From: Bilabrum cf. latius
Lineage: Eukaryota
Assembly (NCBI GenBank): GCA_965178125.1
Contig: OZ237745.1
Coordinates: 434,001-498,000 of the forward strand
Direction of reading: 5' to 3'
Length of the DNA: 64,000 nucleotides
A program made the position numbers and the translations under genes. This document shows, in pieces, positions 36,116-51,531 of this stretch (position 1 is its first letter; every line of letters begins with the position of its first letter). The notes beneath the pieces were generated by a model that was not told the origin of the DNA, did no database searches, and was given only the letters and a program-made list of their open reading frames with translations.

Positions 36116-39100
36116 ATGTCGACAGGAGCCAGACGCAGCCCCAACAGCCAGGATTGGACGGCATCTTTTGGAGGTGCCTGGCAAACGCATGGCTCAATCG
36201 GCGTATTCATACTAATAGTCCCGCTTGTCTTCGAAACTCTTCAAAATAGTCCGCGAGCGGTCGTGGACTAGGCTGCTAGAGACATTGTGTTCTGCCAATC
36301 GTATGGTATTTCAGTATCTCGCGCGGTTGGGGGAATGAATGCCACAGATGCTGCTTCATCCATTAAAGCTCTCATGCGGCACTTGGATGCTGACGATACC
36401 ACCGGGTCATTGCCGGTCGATGGCTGGGCTGCCGCGATAGTTGATCAGGCGGGCTTTTTGCACGACAAGGGCGTGCTGAGTTATGTGGCGCACGCTAGCT
36501 CGATAAAGTACCTCCGTAGTGAGCAGGCAGAGCGAGATCTCGAGGCGTTGCGTAAGACTGTGAGCTAGCTGCTTGAGCGAGATGCACAGGTGCGCGAGGA
36601 GGAAGAGGAGCGCCAGGCCAAGATGCGCGAGGAGGAAGAGGAGCACAAGGCCAAGATGCGCGAGGAGGAAGAGGAGCACAAGGCCAAGATGCGCGAGGAG
36701 GAAGAGGAGCACAAGGCCAAGATGCGCGAGGATGAGGACCAGAAGCTTCAGGAATAGGGCCTTCCCTCTTCAGACTATCTCGACAAAGCACGGAATTGCC
36801 GCAGACACGCTATCGTGCCCGATGCCGAAGGTGTGGTGTCGACAGTGAGTTCCGCAGCAGCAGACACCGGTTTCAAGCTTCCGAAGCCATTCAAAGGAGA
36901 CACGCTGGAGGATGCCATCAAAGGCCACATTCGGTCAAACAGCGACCCGAGACTGATTTCGGGCGCAGTGCGCGAGTCTTTGAGGCTGCTTGGAGATGCG
37001 ATTCTGTACGTGAAAGCAAGTACCCCGACAGCTTCCGTTATCTCAGACAACAGAATCCTGCCGATTGTGGACGTACCTGACGATGCATCTCCGCGTGGGA
37101 ATGGGCTGAAAGATCTGCTGGATGTTGCTTTCGGCAGAGATCGGGTGGGACTCCGAGGGGGCACCCTGATGGGATACAAGGGCTTCGGAAAATCTCAGCT
37201 GGTCCGCAATGTGGTGCTTGGGAAGCAGCTGGCGGGGTGGGCGCTACGAGACGACGACAGCTACGGTTTTCGACATGTTGGGATCTATATCAAGGATCCA
37301 AAAGCTCCTGATCTCGGACCGTTGAACTTCGTACCCGCTTGGGCGTACATCGCCGCTGGGCTGGATCATGCGGGCCTTCTTCGGGATATCAACGACACCG
37401 TGCCAAGCTGGGCTCAGCCAGCGAATTCGTACTTGAGACACGAGAACTTGTTCTATTTCTTGCAGGATCACAACATTGACTGCATGCTTGCCATCGATGA
37501 GGCCCAGCAAGCACGTGAGGTGGTTGAAGGCCCCGTTGGTAAAGTCGAGTATTCGCCGAGGTCTGTGTAGTTTTGGGACTCAGTGGACAGTGGGGTCAAT
37601 ACTGATTTTGGTGCCATGCTTGTGCTCACTGGTACTGGCAGTAGTCTGGGCAGGACAGTATATGAAAGGCCGCAAGAGAGCTCACAGTTCTATTTCAATC
37701 TTCAGCGCACGAAGTTCAAGTCGAGGTGGATGAGATTCGCCTACACAGAGGCTGAAATGTGTCTCATGCTGCTTCGGTAGCCAGATTTGGAGGGGTACGA
37801 CAGTTGCTGGGTTCCGGACGATGGCAGCGACCCCGCCGCAGCAGAGAGGCCGTTGTCTGGGCAAGACGCCGTGTTAACCCTAGCCCTGGCCATCCGCGAT
37901 GCTCCGGCCTCGAGTTCGTGGGCCAACACAGGACAGGTGGTGTACCCGAGCCCGGACACCGTGAACGAAGCCATGCAATCGTTTTGGAGGCGGGCAGATC
38001 ATGACGATAGCCCAGGGCCTTGCATCCCTGATGGTGTGTCGTTGTAGAAGGTTCCTGCTGGCAGGCTGACCCAGCAGCTTGCCAAGGAAATGCTGAGTGA
38101 TCCGCGGGCCATGCAGGTTGCCACGAAGTCCAGAGACAAGTTGAGACGGGTGGCTTGGCAGACAGGGGGCCTAGCCCGGAGTATGGCTGACATGACCGGC
38201 AAGGGAGCTGTCCAGACCAAGTTGGCGGAGTGGTTTAGGATCATGCACACAAATGAGGAGGGCTTCCGCGACGTAATGCTGGCCATGCTGAGCCTCATGG
38301 AATCGCTGAAGCCCAATTGGTTGCATGCCTCGCTCAAGAACCCAGTTACCGAGCTGCCACGGCTCCCTGTTCAGGAAGTGGTGGCGGAGATGGAGAGGCT
38401 CGCCGCTGTGGAGAGGACCAAGGGCGAGGCGCGGGACAAGAAAGTGGCAGAGCTGGAGGAACTCCTGGCTCATTGGCAGGTCTAGCAGCTGGTCGGGTAC
38501 CGCTCCGTAGCTGAGACGTAGCACACATCGCAGGAAAAGGCCGTGTACCCTGCCACGGTGAATTTTCTTGGGGGTGTATTTGCGTATCGAACGCAGCACT
38601 TTACTGCGATCTTCAGCGGAGTGTACTTGACCCGACGCGAGCGTGCATCGCTGCAGGTGCAGGACGGTCGGTTTGGAGGCTATTTCGAGTTGGTTGTGGC
38701 CGAGTCGCTGCATCGCGGGCTAGTGTCCAAGATCCTGGCGAAGAACGTGCTACCCAAGGTGCCCAAGGAGGTGTGGAAGGGCTTGGAGGATCCCATCGTG
38801 GAGCATGACCGGGGGGGCTGTTTCGTGAAGCCCGAGTCTATCTTCTACGTCACGAGGCCTTTCGCAGGTGAGCCAGCTGAGCTCGTTGGTCGCGTGATGC
38901 GGGAATTCCCGGACAGGACTGGTATTGATCTTTCTTTGATTCTGGAAGCAAGAGGCGTGGGAAGCGGTGATGGAACGAAATCCACAGTGCGGTATCACGT
39001 GATCCGAGTGCAGGTGAAGGCCGGGAAGTCTACGGTGGACAAGGCAAGGCTCGCAACATTCCTGAGCAAGGAAAAGAATGACAATGCCAAGGCTGCCTAT

Positions 39101-39487
39101 GCCCGTGCGCTGCGTGTAGAAGAGGGCTAGATCCAGTTCCACCGCCTGCTTGCCTCCCTTGCACCAGTGGCACCAAAAGTTATGAGCATGGTATCTGCAG
39201 GGTAGAGGGGCGGCAAAACCCAGGAGGAGACGGAGCAGCTCGAGGGCGTGGACGTATCAGATATGTGGGTTCTGACAGGTGATGAATTTCGCAGGTTCTT
39301 GTTCCCTGATGCGCAGATTGCGCTCAACCGCATGAATCATTGGGGGCTTGCAAGTGACGAGGAGCGTGAGTTGATGCAGTCCGTTGATCCAGAGGACAGG
39401 CGGGTGCCGGCGGACTCTCTGGCTGAGAAGTTTGACTGGGTCGACGACGAGGGGGCACCGGACGACGGGCAAGTATCCCCACCGTGA
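36116..39487 (+). CDS. P-loop NTPase + restriction-endonuclease-fold protein, copy 2, with three extra 11-aa repeats
   Basis: Same motifs and TAG-delimited ORF pattern as copy 1, ends TGA. Only substitutions and in-frame indels differ. Confidence 0.75.
36590..36735 (+). repeat. 33-bp coding minisatellite (MREEEEEHKAK)n
   Basis: Unit atgcgcgaggaggaagaggagcacaaggccaag; 99 bp (3 units) longer than in copy 1. Confidence 0.9.
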
Positions 39488-39612
39488 CGCCAGCGACTTC
39501 GCAGAGCGCACAGTCTACCGTATCACGAACACTTGCGGCGACGCTCGAGTCACTGGAGCTACTCGCCGGGACGGATCAGACTAGAGTATTCCTAGAAGGA
39601 TTGATGAGTCAG

Positions 39613-39812
39613 GCTCCACGCACACCTGCTGCGCGTCCCAGGCCGTGTCGTCCACCTGGTAGGCCCCGTAGTCCACGAGCCGTTGAGACCGCTGGCGTCG
39701 GTGGGCTCGACGGCGAGCAGGGAGTGCCCTGGCGCATCCACGGGTTCGTTCCGTTGTAAGCAATGTCACTGCTGTTGTCCAGCGCGTACCCGGCGCAGGT
39801 CCGCCATTCTTG
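39613..39812 (-). pseudogene. shorter copy of the captured secreted-protein fragment
   Basis: Matches 26441-26640; the 3' part is lost at the gagtcag|gctccacg junction. Confidence 0.7.
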
Positions 39813-42297
39813 GCATTCCGAGTCCCAATTTCGCGACCGACTTACGTTGTACCCGAAACATTGCAGTACTATGAAAGTATCCTTAGTAAATGATGTACTG
39901 AATAATTGGTATGTATAGTTTTGATTACCCTCGTATGATTTCAGAGTCAAAAATTAAAATCTATCTCGAAAGCATCGAAAATTGGCCGTCGCACATATTG
40001 GCCGGAGATGCCCTGTCTGTGCGTGAGGAGCTTGCGCCTCTAAGGCTGAGGTCGCGCAATTGGCGCATCGCTTGGGTGAGTCGACAAGTCGAGTTGCGTG
40101 AGTGAGGTGAAGGACAAGGGGGTGGATGGAATGGAGGACAGGTGGACAAGGTGGAAGGGGTGGATGAAGCGGGAGGCACAGGCAGGGCAGGAATGTGGGA
40201 AGGGGGGGATGGGGCCCGGAGAGGTTCCAAGTTAGAATGAAGGGTAGGAGATGTTACAATCACCTATCCGAATGCCGTCATTGGAAGGATCGGTAGTCAC
40301 AGATACGTTGGACGGTTCGCTACAGCCGTAGGCGACAAGAGAGCGAGGTGGAGCACTCTGAAATTTACTGATCTACCAGTGAACTACGTTGTCTTCGGAC
40401 AGCAAGAAAGGGCGCAGGGAGCCTGACATTGCTCGTGCAAGAACGCAAGCGTTGGCACAGGCTGCCGGTGCCACTGCGTCCAAGGTGGGCGCTGGGGGCT
40501 CCTCGTCGGCCTCATTGTCTTCAGGAAGTGTACCCACACAGTCTGTTGGCGATAGCCGGGGAATCGCGACCGTCGTTGGGAATATCGGCTTGCGCCGCGG
40601 GGCAAAAGCAGTACCCGCGATTTCCGCCGAGAAGCCCTCAGGGGGCTAGGGTGGTCCATCTCCAAGCAGCTCTACTGCAAGCAGTCATGGTGTTCCCGCA
40701 CCGTCTGTTGCCGGAGTAAATCGCCGCCGGAACCGCCTCATCTGGGCAGGTGTTGGCCCTGTTCCGCACCATGTACGTGTTTCGTTTGGCAGTGGAGCGC
40801 ACCCACGATGCGGGCGCGGGAGCTGCCGTCAGCGGCCGGTCCGGCGGGTGTCAGAGGCCTCGAAGGATGGCGCAGAGGCCCACGCGGCTGTGGCCCAGCC
40901 GAGGCGCTTCCTCGCTGAGGCAGAGGTGAACGAGGCGCTGCTGGGAGCCGCTGTGCGCAAGGCGAGGGCAGGCAGCGAGGAGGCGGGGCTGCCGAGGGGT
41001 GCAGCTGACTTGGAGCTGCCCGCGGTGGTGGAAGTAGCAGCAAGGCAGGCGGGCCCCGTGCGAGCACAGCACTTCGCGTTGGCCACCAACGATGACCCTG
41101 AGCAGTCTTACGTGCCCTTTGTTCGAGGAGGCGGTGGCCGAATCGACTCCGGACCTGGGGTGGGTCGATCTCGGCAGCGAGGGAGCGAGCGGGCAGAAGG
41201 CGGCGCTAGGGGGCTAGGATGCCGAGGGGGCGGGGATGACGAGGGGGGCGGGGATGCGGTGCAGCTGATCGACCTGTCTGACCTGTGCCTGCACCCCAGT
41301 CAAAAGGTGGTCGTGCAGGAGGAGCCAGGGGCGGGGGAAGGTGCGCTGCAGGCCCAGGCGGCCAGGGAATCGAGTCAGGCAGCTGTTGCAGCTGCGGGAG
41401 GGGCAGCCGCGGCTGCCCGAGGGTGTGGGCTCTGTAGAGGAACAAGGCAACGGCAAGCAATCGCAGGGGGCTGTAGCAAAGGGCGTGTGAGTACGTCCTC
41501 CAACGGGGTGTTGAGTACCATCATGAATTCTGACATACTAGTAGTGGCTTATTATACGTGCATGCGCACTGAGTCTCTGCCACGGGAGCACCAGCGCGGG
41601 CCGCGTCAGCCTTTTGCACCCGCCGCCTTCCTGGTAGCACGCAGCTGCTGCTAGATCTCACGGAATCTTGCCCTGCACCCGGATGCAGTTTGCTCCTTCA
41701 CGTCCTCTGCAATGGCGCGCCACAGCTGCTTCTCACTGAGTCCTGCCGCCCGGTGCTTCCGCAAACCGGCCTCGAGCTGGAACCGGCAGTCGCAGTCGAG
41801 GGGATGGGTGAAGCGGCAGTGACGGTAGAGCCGACTGAAGCGCGGGAGGACGCTGTGGCAGTGCTCCCACTACCAGCAGTCGACTCGCCCTCCCCTGCAG
41901 TGCCAGAACCAGCGCCCGCGGTGGCCCCTTTTGCCAGCCGCAGAGGCTGCGGGGGAGGGCCGCGCTCATCCCCAGGAACCGGCGCGCCAGTTACAGCCCC
42001 CTTCCCTCTCCGCACACGGTGGTCTGCAGTCGGTCCGCATACCACGCGCAGTCTTCGTGAAGCGCGCCCCTACACGGACTTGCCGATTGCTTTGAGACTT
42101 GGAAAAAAAAAACGCTTATTTATATTTGAATGTCCGATCTAGCTAGATCTAGTCCACCACGGGCCCGAATCTGAGCGGGTCCAATTGCGGCTGCCAAGCG
42201 CCAGCTTCGCAAAGCTCACGATCTTCAGTGCATTGGAGTCCGAGCTTCCGATTCAGGATCCAGATCGGTGACCCGGCTATGTTCTTGAACAAGCCAT

Positions 42298-44719
<2,422 letters not shown>

Positions 44720-45234
44720 CGTGTCTGCAAATACGAAGCAACACATTGATAAGATGTAACACGCTGAGGTTGAGCTATTGCATGCGCACCATGCGACTGC
44801 GTCAGTGCGAGCATACGATCGTGCCAGCAACGCCAACAAGACAAGGCCACAACGTCTAATTCGGAGCATACGTATACCAAAGCAACCAAATCTTAGCAAA
44901 CTAAAACGCTTATTATGCTTGATTCCTTCAATACGTCCTAATTTGCGCAGAACTTGTGAAACCATGCAAACCAGTACCGATCCAACCAAACACTTGCCAA
45001 GGGGCATGCATCGGCTATCGCGCGAGGGAAGCCAACAGACTCATGCAGATGAGCCATGGCATGCATACCAAGACAGAAATTCTTACCGGGCTGTGTGCAA
45101 TGATAACTGTAGTTGCGAGCTCGAGTCGGCGCAGTTGCCGCGTTGATCCGGATCGATGACGCGCAGCAGAGTTGGCTCATTTATAGCGCAAATACTGCAG
45201 ACTAGCGACTCCCCTAGAAAGTAGCACAAATTAT
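44720..45234. promoter_or_regulatory. probable bidirectional promoter between the PFP beta-like and alpha-like genes
   Basis: 515-bp relatively AT-rich spacer between two divergent ATGs; inferred from layout only. Confidence 0.55.
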
Positions 45235-47401
45235 ATGGCAGCTGCATCCGGATCTGGCGCCTCATCTGCAGGCGGAGGAGTTACCGGGGGCGTTGATGTG
45301 CCCAAGTTTGCACCAGCTGTATCATTGGCCGATTATAGTCCCGTTTAGATTGCCCGGCTCGCTTCCAAACCAGATGTTCCGTCATGCCTTGAACATGCAT
45401 CTGTTGGTGTATCCAAGGGGGATACGACAACAAGCTTGCATCGGGGCGACCACGAAGCTCTGGAGGATGCCTTGCCGCTGACATTCGGACAGCCCTTGCT
45501 CAAGATCGGGTGAGACGGTGTCGTTGGAATTGCTTTTGGTTGATCATGCATTCAGTTAGAACCACAAGTCTTAGCGTGATGCATCCTAGGCGCATTATCG
45601 TATGGGGTATCGACTCGCAAGCTGGCGAGGCAGATCTCGCTGTTCAAGTGCACCCAAAGTCCATGTAAAACTGCGTGAACTACGTGAACCACTGAATCCG
45701 GTGGAGAAGCTGCTCAAGCCCGGGTGATCTTAGTTCGCCCTGTATTTGTGCCGAGCACTTGCCCCTCGCAGCGGAGCAGCAGAGACAGCCGCCGCGGGTG
45801 GCAGTACTGCACCAGCTGTTAAGGTAGCTGTGGTGTTCTGCGGCCGGCAGAGCCCTGCGGGGCACAACGTGGTCGCGGGACTACACGACGCCATGAAGGC
45901 TGCCAACACTGAGAGCGTCTTATTTGGAGCTATCGGCGGGACGCTCGGTTTGTTCCAGGACAATCTCGTTGAAATAACTGAGGACATGCTATCTAAATAT
46001 CGCAACCAGGGAGGATATCACATGCTGGGACGTTCGGTGGACCAGATCCGGACGAGCGAGCATCAAGCAGCTGCTCTGAAAGTCGTCAAGAGCCGCGGGC
46101 TCGACGCACTCGTCATGATAGGAGGCACGCACACCACCACGGATGCCGGGCACCTCGCCGAGTATTTCGCAGAGGAAGGGAAGAAGGAGGGCGGAGATGG
46201 TCCCGCGGCGGCTGCCGTGATCGGCGTGCCAGTCTCGATCGACAACGACTTTCCGGACCAGTTCGTCGAAAGTTCGCTGGGGTTCGACTCGGCTACCAAG
46301 GTGTACTCCCAGCTGGTAGGCAACATGGCAACGGACGCGGCCAGCGCGCGCAAGTACACGATGTTCATCCGGCTGATGGGCCGCAAGGCCAGCCACATCA
46401 CCATGGAGTGCGCTCTGCAGACGCGGCCCAACGTCGTGCTGCTTGGGGAGGAGATCGAGCACCGGAAAATGACCCTGGCCGCCATCGTCTCGGAGCTGGC
46501 CGACACCGTGGCCCGCCGCTCCGCCGCCGGCAAGGAGTTCAGCGTCGTTCTGGTACCCGAGGGGGTAATCGAGTACATCCCCGAGCTCAGGACGCTGATC
46601 GAGGAACTCAACGGATTAGTGGCCCAAGGGGTAGCCAAGCACGAAGATGACGTCATTGGCCACCTGACACCCTGGTCAAAGGCGGTGCTTGGCTTCCTCC
46701 CCGCGTTCGTCCGCAAGCAGCTGCTACTAGAGAGGGAGTCGCACGGGACGGTGCAGCTGTCGCAGATCTCGACCGAGAAGCTGCTGGCCGAGCTGGTGGG
46801 GGACGAGCTGGCTAGGCGAAAGGCCAAGGGAACGTTCAAGGGCAAGTATTCTGTCGTGAGCCACTTCTTCGGGTACCAGTCTCGGTCTTCCCTCCCCTCG
46901 TGCTTCGACTGCAACCTGGGGTACGCGCTGGGCAAAGTCGCCGCCGCTTTGGCCACCGCTGGGGCCAACGGATACCTTGCGACCATCCAGGGCCAAGCAG
47001 GTGCTTGCTCTTCCTGGCAGGCGGTTGGGGTGCCCATCACCGCAATGATGGCGATCAAGGACACCCCCAGTGGCAGGCGACCCGTTGTTCCCTCGGTACC
47101 AGTGGATGTGACGAGCAGGTCGTTCAGGTCGCTCAAGAAGGGCATGAAGGAGTGGGAGGCGGCCGACGATTACAGCAACCCTGGGCCCATCCAGTTTGCG
47201 GGACGGACGCGGCTGGCCATCACCCAGACGCTCGCGACGGAGAAGCACGACTACATGAAGAGGATAGAGGAACTGAAGAGCCACCTGGCCTTCGTGTCGG
47301 AGACCTGCAAGCCGGGCGTGTCTGATGCGCTGCTGAGCGCAGCACTGACCGGCATGTGCTCGCTCCGGGAGATCCTCGGGATGATCGCAGACAAGGACTG
47401 A
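45235..47401 (+). CDS. PFP-alpha: pyrophosphate-dependent phosphofructokinase, regulatory alpha-like subunit
   Basis: Exons 45235-45509 and 45772-47401. YSPV[TAG]IAR, PLTFGQP, VVFCGRQSPAGHNV, YRNQGGY. Catalytic motifs are replaced (GGTHTTTDA, GVPVSIDND) as in plant alpha subunits. Ends TGA. Confidence 0.9.
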
Positions 47402-47644
47402 TGATGAGGGGTGGGGGGCCTCAGGCTGTGTGGCGGGGCACGGCTCACAAAGGTGATCTACGCTGCGGAGGCTGGATGCAGTGTTCCCTGCTTGGTATCG
47501 TAGTCTGCTGTCCATGTATGCAAGCACACGCATACGCACTCGCACTCCAGGCCGTGACGTCGCAGCGCGCTCGTCACGCAGCGACGACTTGTTGGTGGAT
47601 CTTTCCGAGAAAAATGGCATTGCCTGCTCCCATCCTGTGCACAC

Positions 47645-48739
47645 ATGAAGATGCTTCGATTTTCATTACATGTAACTTGTTTTTGCTCGCTCGTGGTAGG
47701 CCTTACTGCCTTGAACTCCTGCAGAAATCCGATGCAACAACCGTTCATGCGAACCAGCGTTTGGAATACGCCCATTGGATCCAGCGCGCGGTACGTTACC
47801 GCAGACTTATTTAACAGCACCATGCCACCACCTAGAAATTTCTTCTCTGACGACGACTACTTTATTGTGACGAAAGCAAGTGATCCATAGGTGCCTTGGT
47901 ACAAGTAGGGCTGGTGGGGACCACCTAGCGGTACTGCCCACTGCAACATCACCGGGCCTTTCGTTGAACAGCTTCGCTTTCCATACAATTACACAATGCG
48001 AGCTTTTGGTGGCAACAACGGAGCCGGGCTGCTGCAGCCAGATGGGCACACGCTGCAGGAGATGCAGCCTGTGTACCGTTGCGAGCCAGGCTCACCGGTG
48101 CTCGCGTAGGACTGCGGTAGCAAGTGCGTCAACGATATCCGGTACGGAAATGGAACGTACGGGGCACACGGCGGGAGCGCTCTGTCAGCCGTTGGAGGTA
48201 CGATCCGGCTGGGCGAGCTTGCCCCCGGAGCACCCGCGATACAGCACGCCGTCAAGCTTGAGCTGTTCGCGAAGCAGTACTACTGGCACGCTCCAAATCG
48301 CTCGTCCTGCTACTCATGGCCAGCATTGACTTGCGACGGGTACGCGCTGAAGCCCGGGGAGCACCTGGAGTACGGAGGGAGCAACCCGTGGGTGAGGCCT
48401 GGCAGCCTGCTCGCCTTGCCGCCTGCCGTAAGGAAGCAGATCGAGCCGAAGCTGCAGACGGTACCCGGCCGAAAGATGGCCGACGCGCTGACTGGCTTTG
48501 GAGGATACCTCGTCGACGACACCGCTTGCAATCGAGGCACGGTGTGCACCGAGCACGGCGTCACGGACGAGTTCCAGTCGGCCTACGGCATGGCATTCGA
48601 CCAGCAGCAAGGGCCATGGTATGACGACATGCTGGAGATTTTCAGGGGGCTGCACGTGGTGTCGAATAACGGACCTGACTCCCAGGGTGGCGGCGGGGAT
48701 CCAATCGTCACTCCACCGGCCCCGTTATGCCCGCAGTGA
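47645..48739 (+). CDS. secreted protein of an uncharacterised, bacterial-like family (364 aa)
   Basis: Signal-peptide-like start; single frame with TAG at 47888, 47906 and 48107; ends TGA. Blocks PF..SVWNTPIGS.A.Y, GAHGGSALSAVGGTIRLGEL, IQHAVKLEL, WPA..CDGYA, GSLLALP, GGYLVDDT, GGGG.P. Confidence 0.75.
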
Positions 48740-49035
48740 GGCTGAGAGTCAGCGAGGTGGGAGGAGATCCAATCGTCACTCCACCGGCCCCGTTATGCCC
48801 GCAGTGAGGCTGAGAGTCAGCGAGGTGGGAGGAGATCCAATCGTCACTCCACCGGCCCCGTTATGCCCGCAGTGAGGCTGAGAGTCAGCGAGGTGGGAGG
48901 AGATCCAATCGTCACTCCACCGGCCCCGTTATGCCCGCAGTGAGGCTGAGAGTCAGCGAGGTGGGAGGAGATCCAATCGTCACTCCACCGGCCCCGTTAT
49001 GCCCGCAGTGAGGCTGAGAGTCAGCGAGGTGGGAG
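48698..49035 (+). repeat. five tandem 68-bp units spanning the stop codon of the upstream gene
   Basis: Units start at 48698, 48766, 48834, 48902 and 48970; identical, no spacers. Confidence 0.95.
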
Positions 49036-49203
49036 AGAGTAGATCTACCGCCTCAGTGGTCGGGCGTCTATCCGATTCGCGGATCTGAAAGGGTGGAAAA
49101 GGGGAAGGGTGCGGTCTAGGAGGGATTGTTAGCTTGCTCGATAGCCTCTCTATGCTTTTTTAGTATTAGTATGCGTGTGTCTACGCCGGGCGCAGACACC
49201 CAA

Positions 49204-51531
49204 TCACGCCCATGATCTGGCCCACCAGTGCAAGGCGACAGCCTGCCTCAGTCGCCCAAGCCCTCCCAGAACTGCACCATCTGCTGCCTCTTCGACTCTA
49301 TCGCCATCCTAAATGTGACCGTCCTTCGCCAAAATGCAAGCACCGGCCCGGGCAGCTACTACACCAACACCAGCGGCTGCACTGCTGGCAGTCCCGGCAG
49401 CTTTGGCTGCTTTGGATCGCCAGTACTCCAGCACGTGCTCGGTTGCCGTGATCCCAAGCAGCTGCTGCAGGTCTGCCAACGAATCCAAACGGAACCTTCG
49501 CTGGTGCCCAGCCTCTGAACCTGATGCGGTCAACGCTCGAGGTGCCTGCCACGGGACCACCGGATGGCCCATTGGGGCTGGTGGCAGGTTGAGCGCCTCG
49601 TTCTCACCGGTAGCACCAATGGAGCTGCTACCCTGCGCATGCTCAGACCGGCCGCACCGCTGTATCTGCACGCACAGGTCGTTCGGCAGTGGGTAGTATG
49701 CCCAGGATGGCATGAGGACGACTTCACACGCTCTGCTGGCAGCTGTGCCTGAAATCTCTACCCTGCAAGACCGGATCGGCTCCGAAGCATGCAGCTCCAC
49801 AGTCCGGCCTGGGGTTGCCCCTTCAGCACGTGCTGTCGATGTCGCTGAGTTTCGTCCGGCTGAAGTACTGCCTTCTTCTAGAGAATCCACACCGGCCTTG
49901 GAAGATGCCTCCACGCGCGCGCTTTCGCGAGCCTCGGCCAAGCCAACGGTGGGAGATGACCGGAGGTCGACGCAGCTGGCTGTGCTGTGACCGACTGAAT
50001 CAGACCCACTGGGCGTGCAAGTGGCCTTGCCACCCTCAAGCGACGATAGCGCCGCTTCAGCTGCTGCTTCTGCCAACGGCATCGCGGCCCTGATAGCTTC
50101 AACGGTCTTGGATGGCAGCACACCGTCTAAGTCGTGCTTGCTGGGGGCATGGTAGACCGGCGACGCTGCGCCAGGGGCATCATGGGAACACAAGCTACCG
50201 CTAGTCTCGCGATCTGTCCCGCGTCCAACGGCACGCTAGCTTCCCATGATACACGTGGGCGACGATACTTCATCCGAGGCGCCGGCTTCTCCAAGACTTG
50301 CCCGTTGCATTGCGTGGCCGCACGCGCTTAGCACAGCCACCGACCACACCCACGGCCCCGTTTTCGCGATGGTCTCCATTGCGCGCCACTCGACCGCGTC
50401 CTTGTCTGTGCTGCCACTATCAATCTGCGGTATTGGATTGCCATCAGCGTCCTCACCCGGCTTCCCCGCTGCAGACGCACGCTCCTCTACCACACTACCT
50501 GCACTGATGCCTCCCATGGCCGCAGCAAGCAACCCACCCAGACCACTGCGACCCATGCGCTCAGCTGCCAGCCGCAGTGCCTCATCACGGGCTTTCCTTC
50601 GCTTGGTTGCCCTGTCGCGGGCCTGTAGTAACGCAGCTATGGGGAGCGTGACGGACTATTGCCACCTCGAACCAGTGCCAGCGGGACCAGCGCAACCTGA
50701 AGCATCGCTCGCTCCAGCTCGATTCATTGAATCTGCAACAGCCATAGCCGCTCGCTGGGCCGCCAGTACGTGCAGCAGCAAGGGGTGCCCCCGGTCGGCG
50801 ACGAGTACTGCGTTGTTGAGCTCTGCAAGCCACGGCCCTCTTGCGGCGTCTCCAAGTCGAGTACCACGCGGGGTGCTTGCAGTACTGGCAGTCTTGGCTT
50901 TGGCCTGTAAGGCGTTGCAGTCGGATGCCGTGCCACTGCCAGCGTCTGGGCGGGTGGTGCTGGTTGTAGTGGATTGCTCCCTGCAGGCTCGAGGGACTGG
51001 GCGAGCAAGGCCAAGTAGGATCCTTGGAGAACTGTCATTTTGCTAGCTAGCTGGGTAAGATCCGTGCTCGGTAGGGCCATCGGGGTCTTTTCTCTGGGTG
51101 CGAGGTGGCGGCTGCAGACCCTCGTGCAGCATGCTCCTCATCGGAAGCACGTCGCAGTCGGCGTAGACACCACCGCATGCGAATAGAATCATCGCACGAA
51201 TAATATCGGAGGCTTCTGCAAAGTTTGAGCAGCAGGTTCTGTCGTATGGCTTGAACCACGGGGGCAGGTGCTCCAGCAACCTTAGCACCACATCGTCAGT
51301 CCAAAGACAGATGCGATCGAGCGGGTGCAGCTACTTCCACGCTCCCACCATATGACCCAGAGAGGATCCAATACATGATCTACGAATAATGTCATCATCA
51401 TTTCCTAGCCAGACTAGATGAATGCTTTGTTCTCGGCAGTTCTTGGCGGCGTCATCGTGCTGCTCCACGACATCCATGCAGCGCACCACCCTGAGCAACT
51501 GGGGTTGTGCGCGCTTCCAGCACCTCTCCAT
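49204..51531 (-). CDS. DXD-motif glycosyltransferase (GT32/OCH1-like) with long low-complexity insertions
   Basis: Single frame with TAG at 51331, 51043, 50656, 50236 and 49309; ends TGA 49204. IHLVWLG, W.[Q]LHP...LWTD, ASDIIR..ILFACGGVYADCD, LNNAVLVADRGHP, KTGP, YYP, LHWWARSWA*. Confidence 0.85.

Larger units (their letters stand above)
35828..39962 (+). repeat. ~4.1-kb segmental direct repeat, copy 2 (partner 22407-26776)
   Basis: Offset to copy 1 is 13426 before and 13525 after the 33-bp array; lacks the equivalent of 26088-26440. Confidence 0.95.

Noticed and set aside
22407-39962. LTR retrotransposon with 4-kb LTRs
   Set aside because: No TG...CA ends, PBS, PPT, gag, protease or integrase seen; the interior is non-LTR and hAT debris.
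40389-42142. Protein-coding gene (frame 40389-41654 stays open through TAG)
   Set aside because: Low-complexity translation without motifs, a clear start or a resolvable exon structure; may be a real or decayed gene but cannot be supported.
48698-49035. CRISPR-like array
   Set aside because: Units are identical end to end with no spacers, no cas genes, eukaryotic context.
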